Counted from the stretch's first letter, positions 10,640 through 21,955 are shown. The stretch: DNA of 64,000 bases from Gammaproteobacteria bacterium (GCA_022826885.1 JAJDUB010000047.1:2076-66075); one strand, 5' to 3'. Translations and numbers: made by a program. The notes: generated by a model from the letters alone, not told the origin.

Positions 10640-11569
10640 ATGAGTGACCCGTGGCAAGATAATGCCGATAAGACGGATCCCGGATTCGAACAGGCCCTGG
10701 TAAACCGGATTGCCCGGGAATTCCTTGCCGAACAACGACGCGCCAGGCGCTGGAATATCGCATTCAGAGTGTTCCTTGCCTTAATCGTATCGATTTTCCT
10801 GGCGGTTTACCTGATTGGCAAAACCGATATTTCTCCGGCCACTCTGAAAACCGGCAAACATACGGCACTGATCGACATACAAGGCATTATTGCTCCCGGC
10901 GAACAGGCCAGGGCCGATTACGTGACGGCCAGCTTGCGGGCCGCTTACGAAGACAGCAATACAGAAGGGATCATTATCCGCATCAATAGTCCCGGCGGAA
11001 GCCCGGTACAGGCCGGCCATGTCAATGACGAGATAACTCGTCTGAAAAATGAATATCCCGATATCCCTGTTTTTGCGGTGATAGGCGATCTCTGTGCATC
11101 CGGCGGTTATTATATTGCTGTTGCGGCTGACAGAATCTATGCCGACAAGGCCAGTCTGGTTGGCTCGATCGGTGTTATTGCGGCCGGTTTCGGTTTCGTG
11201 GATACGCTGAATAAACTGGGAATAGAGCGGCGTATTTATCATGCAGGCGACCACAAGGCCTTTATGGACCCGTTTTCACCGCAACGCCATGAAGAGCTGG
11301 AACATCTCGACCACCTGTTGAACGATATTTATCAACAATTTGTGGAAACCGTCAAGCAAGGCCGTGGTGAGCGCCTCGCCGATGATGAAAGAATTTTCTC
11401 CGGTTTGATATGGACCGGCGAACAGTCCATTGAGTTGGGTCTGGTGGACGAACTGGGCAACGCCGATTATGTTGCCCGGGAAGTTATCGGCGCTGAAGAT
11501 ATCGTAGACTTTACTTACCGGGAGACCTTCCTGGATCAATTCTCTCGCAGTCTGGGTGCGTTCTTCTAG
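10640..11569 (+). CDS. sppA: Signal peptide peptidase SppA-like S49 peptidase (36K type)
   Basis: 309 aa with one N-terminal TM segment. It has S49 motifs 'INSPGGS' and 'CASGGYYIA', and occupies the same position (rne side of maf) as in Pseudomonas. Confidence 0.75.
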   Translation: MSDPWQDNADKTDPGFEQALVNRIAREFLAEQRRARRWNIAFRVFLALIVSIFLAVYLIGKTDISPATLKTGKHTALIDIQGIIAPGEQARADYVTASLRAAYEDSNTEGIIIRINSPGGSPVQAGHVNDEITRLKNEYPDIPVFAVIGDLCASGGYYIAVAADRIYADKASLVGSIGVIAAGFGFVDTLNKLGIERRIYHAGDHKAFMDPFSPQRHEELEHLDHLLNDIYQQFVETVKQGRGERLADDERIFSGLIWTGEQSIELGLVDELGNADYVAREVIGAEDIVDFTYRETFLDQFSRSLGAFF

Positions 11570-12153
11570 GGTATGACATAACCTTCGTTACGCAACATCC
11601 TTTGCAGGCTTATCAAGGGAAGTCCCAACAGGGCAGTGCTGTCGTTACTGCTTATCCTGTCAACCAGGGTAATGCCGGCGGTTTCCGATTTGAAACTCCC
11701 CGCACAGTCATAGGGCTTATCCCAATCCAGGTACCGGTGTATCCCGGCGTCGGTCAATACCCTGAAATGGACTTCTACGGTCACCATGTCAAGTTGGCGG
11801 TGCCCTGTCCTGCTGTTGACGAGACATATACCGGTCAGAAAATCCACGACCTGTCCTGACATTATCCTGAGCTGTCTCACTGCGCCTGCATGGTCTCCGG
11901 GTTTATTAAGGATTTGTCCGTTTACCGTAGCGACCTCGTCTGACCCGATAACCAGCGCGTCCGGGTGGTTTTTAGCCACTTCCAGGGCCTTGGCCAAAGC
12001 CAGGCGTTTGACTAAAGCCGCCGGCGTTTCATTATCCATAATGCTTTCATCAATGTTCGGCGGTTGGCTGCGGAAAGGAAGTCGCAACCGTTCCATCAAT
12101 CCAATGCGGTGTACCGACGAAGAAGCCAGAATCAGTTCCGTAGCTGCAGCCAT
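11566..12153 (-). CDS. maf: Maf/YceF-type nucleoside triphosphate pyrophosphatase
   Basis: 195 aa with 'LILASSSVHR' at the N-terminus and 'YDCAGSF' in the C-terminal region. It lies divergent from yceD-rpmF, and its stop overlaps the sppA stop by 4 nt. Confidence 0.85.
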   Translation of the reverse strand: MAAATELILASSSVHRIGLMERLRLPFRSQPPNIDESIMDNETPAALVKRLALAKALEVAKNHPDALVIGSDEVATVNGQILNKPGDHAGAVRQLRIMSGQVVDFLTGICLVNSRTGHRQLDMVTVEVHFRVLTDAGIHRYLDWDKPYDCAGSFKSETAGITLVDRISSNDSTALLGLPLISLQRMLRNEGYVIP

Positions 12154-12232
12154 TTATACATGATGATCTGTAATCTGCTGTTAAGTCAATAGTTTGACAG
12201 TACGTTCTGCAATCGCTAAACTTCCGTTTCTG

Positions 12233-12730
12233 ATGTCGTCGGACCTGCCTCAATACATCGATCCCGAGCGCCTTGCAATTGAAGGCGTTCACCTGGAAGG
12301 GCAGGTAGGATTGAACGAAATGGCGCGTCTTGCAAAGTTACTGGCAGTCAGCCGGGGCATGGTTAGCCTGAAACTGGCTTTCAGTCGCACCGAGAAAGGA
12401 TTGACATGTATCACCGGCAGTTATGAAACGGAAATGCAGTTGACTTGCCAGCGCTGTCTTGAACCCGTAACGGTAAAACTTGCGGAAACGATCAACGTCG
12501 GGATAACTTTTGCAGGATCGGCGAATAAATTGCCTGCTTCAGCAGAACCACTGGTGCTGACGGAGGATACCATTTTACTGGCAGATTTTATTGAAGAGGA
12601 AATTTTACTGGGCTTACCGATTTCACCCATGCACGAATTGCAGGAATGCGCTGCGGCAGAACAGGTAAGACATAGCGACAACACCGCTTCAGGCCCGTTT
12701 CACGTATTAAAGACCCTAAAATCCGGATAA
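12233..12730 (+). CDS. yceD: YceD (DUF177) ribosome-associated protein
   Basis: 165 aa counted from ATG 12233; TTG 12194 is also possible. It has the Cys pair 'CQRCLEPV' and an acidic tail, and lies directly upstream of rpmF. Confidence 0.8.
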   Translation: MSSDLPQYIDPERLAIEGVHLEGQVGLNEMARLAKLLAVSRGMVSLKLAFSRTEKGLTCITGSYETEMQLTCQRCLEPVTVKLAETINVGITFAGSANKLPASAEPLVLTEDTILLADFIEEEILLGLPISPMHELQECAAAEQVRHSDNTASGPFHVLKTLKSG

Positions 12731-12747
12731 ACAGGAGAATTTGAATT

Positions 12748-12933
12748 ATGGCTGTACAGCAAAGAAAAAAATCGACCGCAAAACGGGATTCCCGGCGCGC
12801 CCACGACTCGCTGTCTCCCCCCTGTTTATCAATTGAACCGACTACAGGTGAAGTGCACAGGCGCCACCATGTCAGCCCTGACGGGTATTATCGGGGAGAA
12901 AAAGTGCTGAATACCGAGGACGAGGATGAATAG
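12748..12933 (+). CDS. rpmF: 50S ribosomal protein L32
   Basis: 61 aa starting '[19 protein letters not shown]'. Confidence 0.93.
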   Translation: MAVQQRKKSTAKRDSRRAHDSLSPPCLSIEPTTGEVHRRHHVSPDGYYRGEKVLNTEDEDE

Positions 12934-12962
12934 CCCGCATTTGAGATCGTTATTGATCTGAA

Positions 12963-13976
12963 ATGGGATACCGTATTGCGCTTGATGCCATGGGAGGGGA
13001 CCATGGGCCCGGCGAGATTGTCCCCGCAGCGATACACTCTCTGAAAAAACACCGGGATCTCGAACTTCTTCTGGTAGGACTGGAAGATATAATCAAACCA
13101 AGGCTGGCCCACCTGAATCACGAACTGGCTGTCCGCATCCAGGTGCTTCATGCGCCTGAAGTCGTAACAATGGATGAAGCGCCTTCCTCAGCGCTGCGTA
13201 ACAAAAAAAACTCATCCATGCGAGTCGCCATCGAACAGGTGAAGAAGGGGCAGGCGCAAGCCTGCGTCAGCGCAGGCAACACCGGCGCCTTGATGGCAAT
13301 CTCACGCTATATTCTCAAGATGTTGCCTGGCATAGACAGGCCTGCCATATGCACAATCATACCAGGCATTAACAGTCACACCCACATTCTTGACCTTGGC
13401 GCTAACGTTGATTCCAGTCCGGAACAATTATTCCAGTTTGCGGTTATGGGGGCGGAGTTGTCCGGCGCTGTTGAGAACATCAGCGCGCCGAAAGTAGCCC
13501 TGCTGAATGTCGGAACTGAGGACAACAAGGGTAATGATCGCGTAAAGAAAGCAAAAATCCTTTTGGACAGGAGCCACCTTAATTTCATCGGGTTTGTTGA
13601 AGGCAACCATATTTATTCCGGTGATGCCCATGTGATTGTTTGTGATGGTTTTGTCGGTAATATCGCGCTGAAGGCCAGTGAGGGCGTAGCAGAATTTTTT
13701 CTGCATCACGTTAACATGAACTTTCAACGAGGTCTGTATGGTAAACTGGCCGCGCTCATTTCAATGCCGATTCTCAAATCCATTCGCAGGAGAACCGATC
13801 CCAGGCGCCATAACGGCGCCAGTCTGCTCGGGTTGCGCGGAATTGTAATCAAAAGTCACGGCAGTGCAGATCGCCTGTCTTTTGCTCACGCAATCGAAGA
13901 AGCGATTCTTGAAGTTGAGAAAAATATACCCGCACGTATCACTTCACGACTGGAAGTGCTGTTAACCGGGAAGTGA
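12963..13976 (+). CDS. plsX: Phosphate acyltransferase PlsX
   Basis: 337 aa with 'IALDAMGGDHGP' at the N-terminus, in rpmF-plsX-fabH order. Confidence 0.95.
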   Translation: MGYRIALDAMGGDHGPGEIVPAAIHSLKKHRDLELLLVGLEDIIKPRLAHLNHELAVRIQVLHAPEVVTMDEAPSSALRNKKNSSMRVAIEQVKKGQAQACVSAGNTGALMAISRYILKMLPGIDRPAICTIIPGINSHTHILDLGANVDSSPEQLFQFAVMGAELSGAVENISAPKVALLNVGTEDNKGNDRVKKAKILLDRSHLNFIGFVEGNHIYSGDAHVIVCDGFVGNIALKASEGVAEFFLHHVNMNFQRGLYGKLAALISMPILKSIRRRTDPRRHNGASLLGLRGIVIKSHGSADRLSFAHAIEEAILEVEKNIPARITSRLEVLLTGK

Positions 13977-13979
13977 CCG

Positions 13980-14936
13980 GTGCATTACTCGCACATCATT
14001 GCCAGCGGCGCATATCTTCCTGAACGGATCATGCATAACTCCGAGCTGGAAAACCTGGTTGAGACAACTGATGAATGGATCCGATCGAGAACAGGCATAA
14101 GACAGCGGCATATTGCCAGGGAGGATGAGACCACGTCAGACATGGCCTGCAATGCATCGCTTCGCGCCATAGACATGGCCGGAATCAAGCCTGACAGCAT
14201 CGATCTGATCATCGTTGCCACATCAACTCCCGACCTGATCTACCCCAGCACTGCCTGCCTGTTGCAGAAAAAACTGGGGTTGCGTAACGGTTCTGCAGCA
14301 TTTGACGTACAGGCCGTATGCTCCGGTTTTATTTATGCATTGAGTATTGCCGATCGATTTATCCGCACCGGGGAAACCCGGTGCGCACTTGTCATCGGCG
14401 CCGACATGAACTCCAGGATACTGGATTGGACAGACCGTTCGACCTGTGTATTGTTCGGCGACGGCGCCGGCGCCGTTATCCTTGGGAGCAGTGCTGAGCC
14501 CGGTATCTACAGGACATTGTTACACGCTGATGGCAGTTACAGCGATTACCTGAAAGTGCCGTCAGGAGTTTCCGGACCGACAGGAGAGCCTTTTATCAGA
14601 ATGCGCGGCAATGAAGTCTTCAAGTTTGCCGTGCAGAAAATGGATGAGATCGTAGATGAAACCCTCGACGATTCCGGTTTGACAAAAACGGATATAGACT
14701 GGCTTGTGCCCCATCAGGCAAACCAGCGAATCATTGCCGCTACCGTAAAAAAGCTGGGCATCAGTATGGATGATGTGATTTTGACTGTGGCGGAACACGG
14801 CAACACCTCAGCGGCGTCAATTCCCCTGGCGCTTGACGTGGGTATTCGTGATGGGCGCATCAAGCGCGGAGATGTCATATTGATGGAAGCCGTTGGTGGA
14901 GGTTTTACCTGGGGCTCTGCATTGCTCCGGTATTAA
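13980..14936 (+). CDS. fabH: 3-oxoacyl-ACP synthase III
   Basis: 318 aa with a GTG start. The catalytic triad context is 'AVCSGF' (Cys), 'VPHQAN' (His) and 'GNTSAAS' (Asn). Confidence 0.95.
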   Translation: MHYSHIIASGAYLPERIMHNSELENLVETTDEWIRSRTGIRQRHIAREDETTSDMACNASLRAIDMAGIKPDSIDLIIVATSTPDLIYPSTACLLQKKLGLRNGSAAFDVQAVCSGFIYALSIADRFIRTGETRCALVIGADMNSRILDWTDRSTCVLFGDGAGAVILGSSAEPGIYRTLLHADGSYSDYLKVPSGVSGPTGEPFIRMRGNEVFKFAVQKMDEIVDETLDDSGLTKTDIDWLVPHQANQRIIAATVKKLGISMDDVILTVAEHGNTSAASIPLALDVGIRDGRIKRGDVILMEAVGGGFTWGSALLRY

Positions 14937-14952
14937 CGATTAAAAAGGCAAT

Positions 14953-15885
14953 ATGGCGGACAAAATTGCGTTTGTATTTCCCGGTCAAGGCTCCCAATAC
15001 GTGGGGATGTGCTCTGACCTGGCGAAAAACTTCCCTGCGGCAGGTAGAACATTTGCCGACGCATCGGCGGTACTGGGTTATGACCTGTTGTCCCTGTGCA
15101 TAAACGGGCCGGAGGAGAAACTGCATCAAACCGAATATACCCAACCGGCATTACTGGCTGCCAGTTATGCCGCCTGGCAAATCTGGCAGGAGCGGGGAGG
15201 AACCATCCCGATGTATATGGCCGGACACAGCCTGGGCGAGTATTCTGCCCTGGTGTGCGCCGGAGTCATCAATTTTACCGATGCGGTCGGACTGGTAGCT
15301 GAACGGGGCCGCTCTATGCAGGAAGCCGTACCCCATGGAACAGGGGCCATGGCTGCCATTTCGGGTCTGGATGACGAGACGGTAATCGATGTCTGTGCCA
15401 AAGCCGCGCAGGGTGAAGTTGTCTCAGCAGCGAATTTCAATTTCCCGGGACAGGTGGTTATAGCCGGCGATACCGTTGCAGTGGAGCGCGCGTGCTTGCT
15501 CGCTAAAGAGTCGGGAGCCCGACGAGTCACACCATTGCCGGTCAGCGTGCCGTCCCATTGTCGCCTGATGACGCCTGCGGCGGACAGGTTGCACTCACTC
15601 GTCAATAAAATTACGTTTATGCCTGCCGCAATACCGGTTGTACAAAACGTCGATGCCAGGGCGCAGACCGACCCTCATGAGATTAAACAGGCTCTTGTCC
15701 TCCAGTTGCGTCAATCCGTGTTGTGGTCAAGCTGTGTAACAACCATGCAACGACTGGGGACCACCGCAATGATAGAGTGCGGCCCCGGCAAGGTGCTGAG
15801 CGGTCTGATCAGGCGCATCGATAAAAATATTGTCTGCGCCGGCATTTCTGACAGGGAGTCCCTTGAAGCCGCCTTGTTGATATAA
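14953..15885 (+). CDS. fabD: Malonyl-CoA:ACP transacylase
   Basis: 310 aa with 'FPGQGSQ' and the active-site Ser in 'GHSLGEYSAL'. Confidence 0.95.
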   Translation: MADKIAFVFPGQGSQYVGMCSDLAKNFPAAGRTFADASAVLGYDLLSLCINGPEEKLHQTEYTQPALLAASYAAWQIWQERGGTIPMYMAGHSLGEYSALVCAGVINFTDAVGLVAERGRSMQEAVPHGTGAMAAISGLDDETVIDVCAKAAQGEVVSAANFNFPGQVVIAGDTVAVERACLLAKESGARRVTPLPVSVPSHCRLMTPAADRLHSLVNKITFMPAAIPVVQNVDARAQTDPHEIKQALVLQLRQSVLWSSCVTTMQRLGTTAMIECGPGKVLSGLIRRIDKNIVCAGISDRESLEAALLI

Positions 15886-15892
15886 TCCGCAG

Positions 15893-16642
15893 ATGGACTT
15901 TCATCTCAAAGAGCAGGTTGCCCTGGTAACAGGTGCGAGCCGGGGAATAGGAAAGGCAATCGCCGGACGGCTTGGGCGTTCCGGCGCTTTTGTTGCGGGC
16001 ACGTCAACAACTGAAACCGGCGCCGCAGGAATCGAAGAATTTTTCAGGGAAACGGGAATAGAAGGCAGGGGATTCGTACTGGACATAAGCGCAGATGATT
16101 CGGTGGCACAACTGGATGAAGTATTGAAAACAGCGTCCATAACACCTTCAATACTGGTGAATAATGCAGGAATCACCCGGGATAACCTGATGTTGAGGAT
16201 GAAGCAGCAGGAGTGGAATGAAGTCATTAACACCAACCTGAATGCTGTTTATCGCCTGAGCAAATTATGCCTGCGTAACATGATCAAGTCACGCTATGGC
16301 CGGATAATCAATATCACCTCAGTCGTGGCGCTGTCGGGGAATCCCGGGCAAACCAATTACGTTGCGGCCAAATCGGGCATCATAGGTTTTACACGTGCGC
16401 TGGCCAAGGAAACCGGCAGCCGGGGCATCACTGTCAACTGCATTGCTCCGGGCTTCATCGATACCGACATGACAGCGAAGCTCGCAGCCGGCCAGCGCGA
16501 AAAACTGCTTGAACAAATTCCCCTGGGGCGACTTGGTCTCGCCGATGACGTAGCGTATGCTGTCGAATTTATCGCATCACCGGCTGCCGGTTACATAACA
16601 GGCGAGGTGCTGAATGTAAACGGCGGCATGTACATGGCCTGA
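15893..16642 (+). CDS. fabG: 3-oxoacyl-ACP reductase
   Basis: 249 aa with 'VTGASRGIGKAIA', 'NNAG' and the 'YVAAKSG' YxxxK motif. Confidence 0.95.
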   Translation: MDFHLKEQVALVTGASRGIGKAIAGRLGRSGAFVAGTSTTETGAAGIEEFFRETGIEGRGFVLDISADDSVAQLDEVLKTASITPSILVNNAGITRDNLMLRMKQQEWNEVINTNLNAVYRLSKLCLRNMIKSRYGRIINITSVVALSGNPGQTNYVAAKSGIIGFTRALAKETGSRGITVNCIAPGFIDTDMTAKLAAGQREKLLEQIPLGRLGLADDVAYAVEFIASPAAGYITGEVLNVNGGMYMA

Positions 16643-16887
16643 GATATCGGCCGCTCAGGCATATTGGCTGTCGTCCTGGTATCCTGTCCTGATAACGGTC
16701 CTGCTAGAAACGCAAAAGTCTTTCTATTGGGTTTTACAGAGACTATAATATGCAGGAAACACAATAATAATATTTCGTTGTTGCATAGATGTTTTTTTAT
16801 TGCCAAAAAACAACTTGAAAGCAGGGATTATTTGGCTTATCGTACATCGGCTTTTGGTCTTAGTACCGTAGAAGGAGGTTATATCAC

Positions 16888-17124
16888 ATGAGCAACGTTG
16901 AAGAACGAGTGATGAAAATCATTGTAGAGCAGCTCGGGGTTAAAGAAGAGGAAGTTACCAGTGAAGCATCGTTTGTTGATGATTTAGGGGCTGATTCGCT
17001 TGATACAGTAGAATTAGTGATGGCTCTGGAAGAAGAATTCAAAATCGAAATACCCGATGAAGACGCAGAAAAAATAACAACCGTACAGCAGGCAATCGAC
17101 TATATTGACACTCATCTTGAATAA
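16888..17124 (+). CDS. acpP: Acyl carrier protein
   Basis: 78 aa with '[20 protein letters not shown]'. A strong SD 'AAGGAGG' lies upstream. Confidence 0.97.
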   Translation: MSNVEERVMKIIVEQLGVKEEEVTSEASFVDDLGADSLDTVELVMALEEEFKIEIPDEDAEKITTVQQAIDYIDTHLE

Positions 17125-17145
17125 CTGCCCTGACTAGTCCCTGAC

Positions 17146-17184
17146 AAGGCCGCTTCACTGGATAACCGAAAGCGGCCTTTTTTC
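17146..17184 (+). terminator. Rho-independent terminator/attenuator after acpP
   Basis: A 10-bp stem aaggccgctt (17146-17155) pairs with aagcggcctt (17170-17179), followed by a T run to 17184. Confidence 0.75.
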
Positions 17185-17212
17185 ATATATACGATCAATA
17201 ATTTTCCGAACA

Positions 17213-18451
17213 GTGAATAAACGACGGGTTGTTATCACCGGCCTCGGCCTGGTTACCCCTATGGGAAATACAGTCGAGGAGGCATGGAAGAACACATTAG
17301 CGGGCAACAGTGGGATTTCCACGATTACTCACTTTGATGCCGGCGGATATCCCGTGAGGATAGCCGGGTTGGTAAAGAACCTTGACCTGGATGCCTTTAT
17401 CCCCAGGAAAGATCAAAAAAAGATGGGCACCTTCATACATTACGGTATGGCGGCGGGCATCCAGGCGGTGCATGACGCAGGGATGGACACGGATAAAGTT
17501 GACCCGTATCGAATCGGGGTTGCTATCGGTTCCGGCATAGGCGGTATTTCAGGCATAGAAAAAGGGCGTGACACCATCCTGAACAGCGGTCCGAGAAGGA
17601 TCTCGCCATTCTTCGTCCCCGCCAATATTATCAACATGATTTCCGGCAACCTGTCTATTCGCTTTGGTTTCAAGGGGCCTAATTTCAGCATTGTGACCGC
17701 ATGCGCGACCGGCACCCATAACATAAGTGAAGCAGCCCGGATCATCGAGCATGGTGATGCGGACGCGATGGTGGCAGGCGGCGCTGAGTTTGCCTCGTCT
17801 CCCACGTCCATGGCCGGATTTGCCAATGCAAAAGCACTATCCACACGTAACGACGAACCGCAAAAAGCAAGCCGGCCCTGGGACAGGGACAGGGACGGGT
17901 TTGTGTTGAGTGACGGCGCGGGCGTAATAGTCCTGGAAGAATTTGAACACGCGAGAACCAGGGGCGCCAATGTATATGCCGAGCTCATCGGATCCGCCAT
18001 GAATGGAGACGCTTACCATATGACCGCGCCCTCCGAGGATGGCGAAGGGGCGATACGATGCATGCAAATGGCTCTTGGGAGCGCAGGTATCGACAAAACC
18101 TACATCGACTATATCAACGCCCATGGCACCTCAACGCCGGCAGGTGATATCGTCGAAAGCAATGCCGTCAAGTCGGTTTTCGGCGAACATGCAAAACGCC
18201 TGGTAATCAGCTCTACGAAATCCATGTCCGGTCACATGCTTGGGGCCGCCGGCAGTGTTGAAACCATATTCTGCGCCCTGGCATTACGCGATCAGGTGGC
18301 GCCTCCTACCATTAACCTGGATAATCCCGATCCCGACTGTGATCTGGATTATGTTCCCCATGAGGCGCGGGATATGGAATTAAACTACGTGATATGCAAC
18401 TCCTTCGGCTTCGGCGGCACTAACGGGTGTGTCATTCTGAAGCGGATATAA
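17213..18451 (+). CDS. fabF: 3-oxoacyl-ACP synthase II
   Basis: 412 aa with a GTG start. It has 'TACATGTH' (Cys), 'NAHGTST' and 'GHMLGAAG' (His-His). Confidence 0.95.
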   Translation: MNKRRVVITGLGLVTPMGNTVEEAWKNTLAGNSGISTITHFDAGGYPVRIAGLVKNLDLDAFIPRKDQKKMGTFIHYGMAAGIQAVHDAGMDTDKVDPYRIGVAIGSGIGGISGIEKGRDTILNSGPRRISPFFVPANIINMISGNLSIRFGFKGPNFSIVTACATGTHNISEAARIIEHGDADAMVAGGAEFASSPTSMAGFANAKALSTRNDEPQKASRPWDRDRDGFVLSDGAGVIVLEEFEHARTRGANVYAELIGSAMNGDAYHMTAPSEDGEGAIRCMQMALGSAGIDKTYIDYINAHGTSTPAGDIVESNAVKSVFGEHAKRLVISSTKSMSGHMLGAAGSVETIFCALALRDQVAPPTINLDNPDPDCDLDYVPHEARDMELNYVICNSFGFGGTNGCVILKRI

Positions 18452-18483
18452 ATCATGGGAATCTTTGAACAAGTCCTCATAAG

Positions 18484-19314
18484 GTGATAGACGCACTGGT
18501 CAACGGCGAACCCGGCGGCGTCATATCAATCCATGATCGCGGCCTTCAGTTCGGCGACGGCGTGTTCGAGACGATCGCGGTCCAGTCAGGAGAACCACTT
18601 TGCCGTGAAGCGCATTTTGCCAGACTGGAAGCAGGTTGCCGGCATTTATCCATAACCTGTCCGGACAGGAACCTGCTGGAGCATGAGGCGCTGCAGCTTT
18701 GCCGCTCACACGAAACGGCAGTACTGAAAATCGTCGTTACCCGTGGTGTGGCTGGGCGGGGTTATGGACTTCCTGAAGAGGTTACGCCCAACAGGATAAT
18801 GACGGTCCATGAACGCCCGGTCTATCCGGCGGCATATTACCGGGAGGGCATCCCGTCATATATATGTACACGCCGCCTTGTTCATCAGCCCGATCTCGCC
18901 GGCATCAAACATCTCAACCGGCTGGAACAGGTTCTGCTGCGCTCCGAGATCGCAGCCACGCCTTATCCGGAAGGTGTGGCGCTGGATCCGCATGACAATG
19001 TCATAGAAGGTTCAATGAGCAACCTGTTCATGGTAAAAGACGGTAAACTGGTAACTCCGGACCTGTCCCGTTGCGGTATCGAAGGCGTGATAAGAAAATC
19101 AATAATTGAGCGGAATGAGGCAGCAGGTAATGAAACAGGTATAAGGGAGATAAAACCGGAAGAATTGTATGAGGCAGATGAAGTATTCTATTGCAACAGC
19201 GTGATAGGTGTCTGGCCGGTCAGGCAGATCGGCGATAAAGTGTTCAACGGCATTGATACGGCCCTCGAAATCATGAATAAATTGACCAGCGAAAACGTGA
19301 TTGCTGTTGTTTGA
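18484..19314 (+). CDS. pabC: Aminodeoxychorismate lyase (class IV PLP enzyme)
   Basis: 276 aa with a GTG start. It has 'GDGVFETI' and 'IKHLNRLEQV' (Lys region), in fabF-pabC-mltG order. Confidence 0.8.
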   Translation: MIDALVNGEPGGVISIHDRGLQFGDGVFETIAVQSGEPLCREAHFARLEAGCRHLSITCPDRNLLEHEALQLCRSHETAVLKIVVTRGVAGRGYGLPEEVTPNRIMTVHERPVYPAAYYREGIPSYICTRRLVHQPDLAGIKHLNRLEQVLLRSEIAATPYPEGVALDPHDNVIEGSMSNLFMVKDGKLVTPDLSRCGIEGVIRKSIIERNEAAGNETGIREIKPEELYEADEVFYCNSVIGVWPVRQIGDKVFNGIDTALEIMNKLTSENVIAVV

Positions 19315-20306
19315 TGCGGAAACTGCTATTCATCCCCGTCATTCTGTTCATCCTGGTCGGATGGTGGCTTTATGATGACATGCAGACACAGTTGATTGCG
19401 CCGCTCAAGCTGGACCGCACCGAACTTTTCGCTATCGAGCCAGGCATGTCCCTGCTTGCCGTTGCCGATGAGGTGGCCCGGCGGGGCTGGTTCGATTACC
19501 CGCTATACCTGGAACTTGAAGGCAAAATTCGCGGGGTGGACGGCCTGATCAAGGCCGGCCAGTACCAGCTTGCACCCGGCGCCACGGCCCTTTCTCTGCT
19601 GGATATGATAGTGGCGGGAAAAATTACCCAACATGCGCTGACGATACCGGAAGGCTGGGCCTTCAGACAGATCATGGCTTCGCTTCACGAACACCCGCAC
19701 ATCAGGAGGGTGTTGACATCAACGGACCCGCGACGCGTCATGACGGAAATAGGTTATCCCGGTTATTCCGCAGAGGGACGTTTTTTCCCCGACACCTATT
19801 ATTTCCCGGCGGAAACCACGGACGCTGATTTTTTGCGCCGCGCATTCAAGCAGATGGAAGCGGTATTAAACGAGGAATGGGAACTGCGTATGGCCGGATT
19901 GCCGTACCGGTCGCCTTACCAGGCATTGATAATGGCTTCATTGATTGAAAAGGAAACAGCGGTTGCCGACGAAAGGGAACGGATCGCGGGTGTATTCATA
20001 CGCCGACTGGAAAGGGGCATGAAACTGCAGACGGACCCTACCGTGATATATGCGATGGGAGAGAGCTTTGACGGTGACATCAGGCACAAGGACCTGGATA
20101 TCAATTCACCATTCAACACCTACCGCTACAGGGGATTACCGCCTACGCCCATCGCCGCTGCAGGAAGAGCTTCAATACGCGCAGCGCTGCAACCCGAACC
20201 GGGAGAAGCCCTGTATTTTGTCGCAACGGGGGAAAACGGTCGCCACCACTTTTCCCGAACTCTTGCAGAACACAACAGGGCAGTAGCAGAATACCAGCTA
20301 AAATAA
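19311..20306 (+). CDS. mltG: Endolytic murein transglycosylase MltG (YceG)
   Basis: 331 aa with an N-terminal TM segment. The YceG domain carries 'MASLIEKETAV'. It overlaps pabC by 4 nt. Confidence 0.9.
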   Translation: MMRKLLFIPVILFILVGWWLYDDMQTQLIAPLKLDRTELFAIEPGMSLLAVADEVARRGWFDYPLYLELEGKIRGVDGLIKAGQYQLAPGATALSLLDMIVAGKITQHALTIPEGWAFRQIMASLHEHPHIRRVLTSTDPRRVMTEIGYPGYSAEGRFFPDTYYFPAETTDADFLRRAFKQMEAVLNEEWELRMAGLPYRSPYQALIMASLIEKETAVADERERIAGVFIRRLERGMKLQTDPTVIYAMGESFDGDIRHKDLDINSPFNTYRYRGLPPTPIAAAGRASIRAALQPEPGEALYFVATGENGRHHFSRTLAEHNRAVAEYQLK

Positions 20307-20307
20307 A

Positions 20308-20934
20308 ATGACAGGTTTTTTTATTACATTTGAAGGCGTAGAGGGGGTGGGCAAAACCACCCAGGCACAAAAAGCCTTCGACCTGCTCGATGGGAAGCAC
20401 CCCGGCAAGGTCATCATGACCAGGGAACCCGGCGGCACCAGTTCCGGGGAGGCCATCCGTAACATCATGTTAGAGGCCGGTAATAACGGCATTGACGGGA
20501 TGACGGAAATGCTCCTGGTATTCGCAGCCCGCCGTCTGCACATACGCGATGTGATAGAACCGTCGCTGAAGGCAGGTAAAATCGTACTCTGCGACAGGTT
20601 CACCGATGCTACGTTTGCCTACCAGGGAGGAGGGCGCGGCGTTGATGAAAAGCTGATAGCCCAGCTTCAGGACATGGTTCAGAACACGCTCAGGCCGGAC
20701 CTGACCCTGTTGTTCGACGCCCCGGTCGAAACCGGTCTCGCCCGAATCGGTGAGCGCAGTAAACCTGACCGGCTTGAAGCAGAGACTATAAGTTTTTTCC
20801 AACGTGTCAGGCGCAGTTACCTGGACCTGTCCCAACGATATCCTGAAAGAATCCGCGTCATCGACGCCGCAAGGGGAGCTGATGAAATAGCGGACGAAAT
20901 ACGGACGATACTCAGGGAAAACGGTTTATGCTGA
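20308..20934 (+). CDS. tmk: Thymidylate kinase
   Basis: 208 aa with P-loop 'FEGVEGVGKTTQ' and 'CDRFTDATFAYQG'. Confidence 0.93.
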   Translation: MTGFFITFEGVEGVGKTTQAQKAFDLLDGKHPGKVIMTREPGGTSSGEAIRNIMLEAGNNGIDGMTEMLLVFAARRLHIRDVIEPSLKAGKIVLCDRFTDATFAYQGGGRGVDEKLIAQLQDMVQNTLRPDLTLLFDAPVETGLARIGERSKPDRLEAETISFFQRVRRSYLDLSQRYPERIRVIDAARGADEIADEIRTILRENGLC

Positions 20935-20947
20935 CAATCCCTGAACG

Positions 20948-21955
20948 ATGCTCATGCCTTATCCCTGGCAGCTGAAACAATGGGAACAGCTCCGGCTTGC
21001 CGCCGACCGGAACAGGCTGGCCCACGCGTTGTTGCTGAGCGGGGCGGAAGGAAGCGGCATGGGGCAGTTTGCCCTGGAACTTTCCCGGTACCTGTTATGT
21101 GAAACACCGGCGCGCAGCGCGGCGTGTGAACAGTGCCGATCCTGTATATTGTTTAATGCCGGCAATCATCCGGACATCAGGTTGATAAGTCCGGAAGATA
21201 ATGGTTCACAAATCAAGGTGGATGCTATCCGCGACATGATAGCCTACCTGCAGCTCAGCAATCAGTATGGCAGGCGTAAAATCGCCGTCATAGAACCGGC
21301 TGAGGGCATGAACCGGCACTCGGCCAACAGCCTGCTGAAAACCCTGGAAGAGCCGACGCTGTCAACATTGCTTATACTGGTTTCCTATCAACCTGCCAGA
21401 TTGCCCGTCACCATTCGCAGTCGCTGCCGGTTAATCAGTTTCAACCGGACAGACCGGCATTCGGCATCCGAGTGGCTGCGTAAACGGATAAACGATCCTG
21501 CACAGACCAACGACCTGCTCGAACTTGCGGGAGACGCGCCGCTCAGGGCGCTGGACCTGGACGAAACCGATGCGCTGCACAACCGCGGGGAAATGCTGGA
21601 AGATTTACAGGAAGCCGCCCTGCCGTACGCCGACCCCGTCAGGATTGCCGAAAAATGGCAGAAAAACGATGCGGCCGAAGTGATGAACCGGTTACTGTTC
21701 CTGTTCAGCAGAATGGCCGCTCTACGCGCCACGGAAGCCGGCAAATCTACCCGTCAATCCGATTTTGACGCTGAACTGCGGCGCGTCGCGGATGGTATGT
21801 CCCTTGCCGCGCTGCTTGACTGTTACGATGTCTCCCTGAAGAATTACCACCTCCTGACCAGTGAGACCAACCTGAACAAGCAAAGCCTGCTGGAGGAAAT
21901 AATCGTATTCTGGCAATCCATACACAATATATTATCCGCAGATGACGCAGATTAA
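20948..21955 (+). CDS. holB: DNA polymerase III delta' subunit
   Basis: 335 aa with 'YPWQ' at the N-terminus, the Zn module 'CEQCRSCILFNAGNHPD' and 'LKTLEEP'. Confidence 0.85.
   Translation: MLMPYPWQLKQWEQLRLAADRNRLAHALLLSGAEGSGMGQFALELSRYLLCETPARSAACEQCRSCILFNAGNHPDIRLISPEDNGSQIKVDAIRDMIAYLQLSNQYGRRKIAVIEPAEGMNRHSANSLLKTLEEPTLSTLLILVSYQPARLPVTIRSRCRLISFNRTDRHSASEWLRKRINDPAQTNDLLELAGDAPLRALDLDETDALHNRGEMLEDLQEAALPYADPVRIAEKWQKNDAAEVMNRLLFLFSRMAALRATEAGKSTRQSDFDAELRRVADGMSLAALLDCYDVSLKNYHLLTSETNLNKQSLLEEIIVFWQSIHNILSADDAD

Noticed and set aside
16664-16891. 75-aa ORF and possible promoter in the 245-nt fabG-acpP spacer
   Set aside because: The ORF has no SD and runs into the acpP start. A TATAAT (16744-16749) exists, but I found no acceptable -35, so I did not list a promoter. 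E. coli also has a regulatory spacer here, so the length is not unusual.
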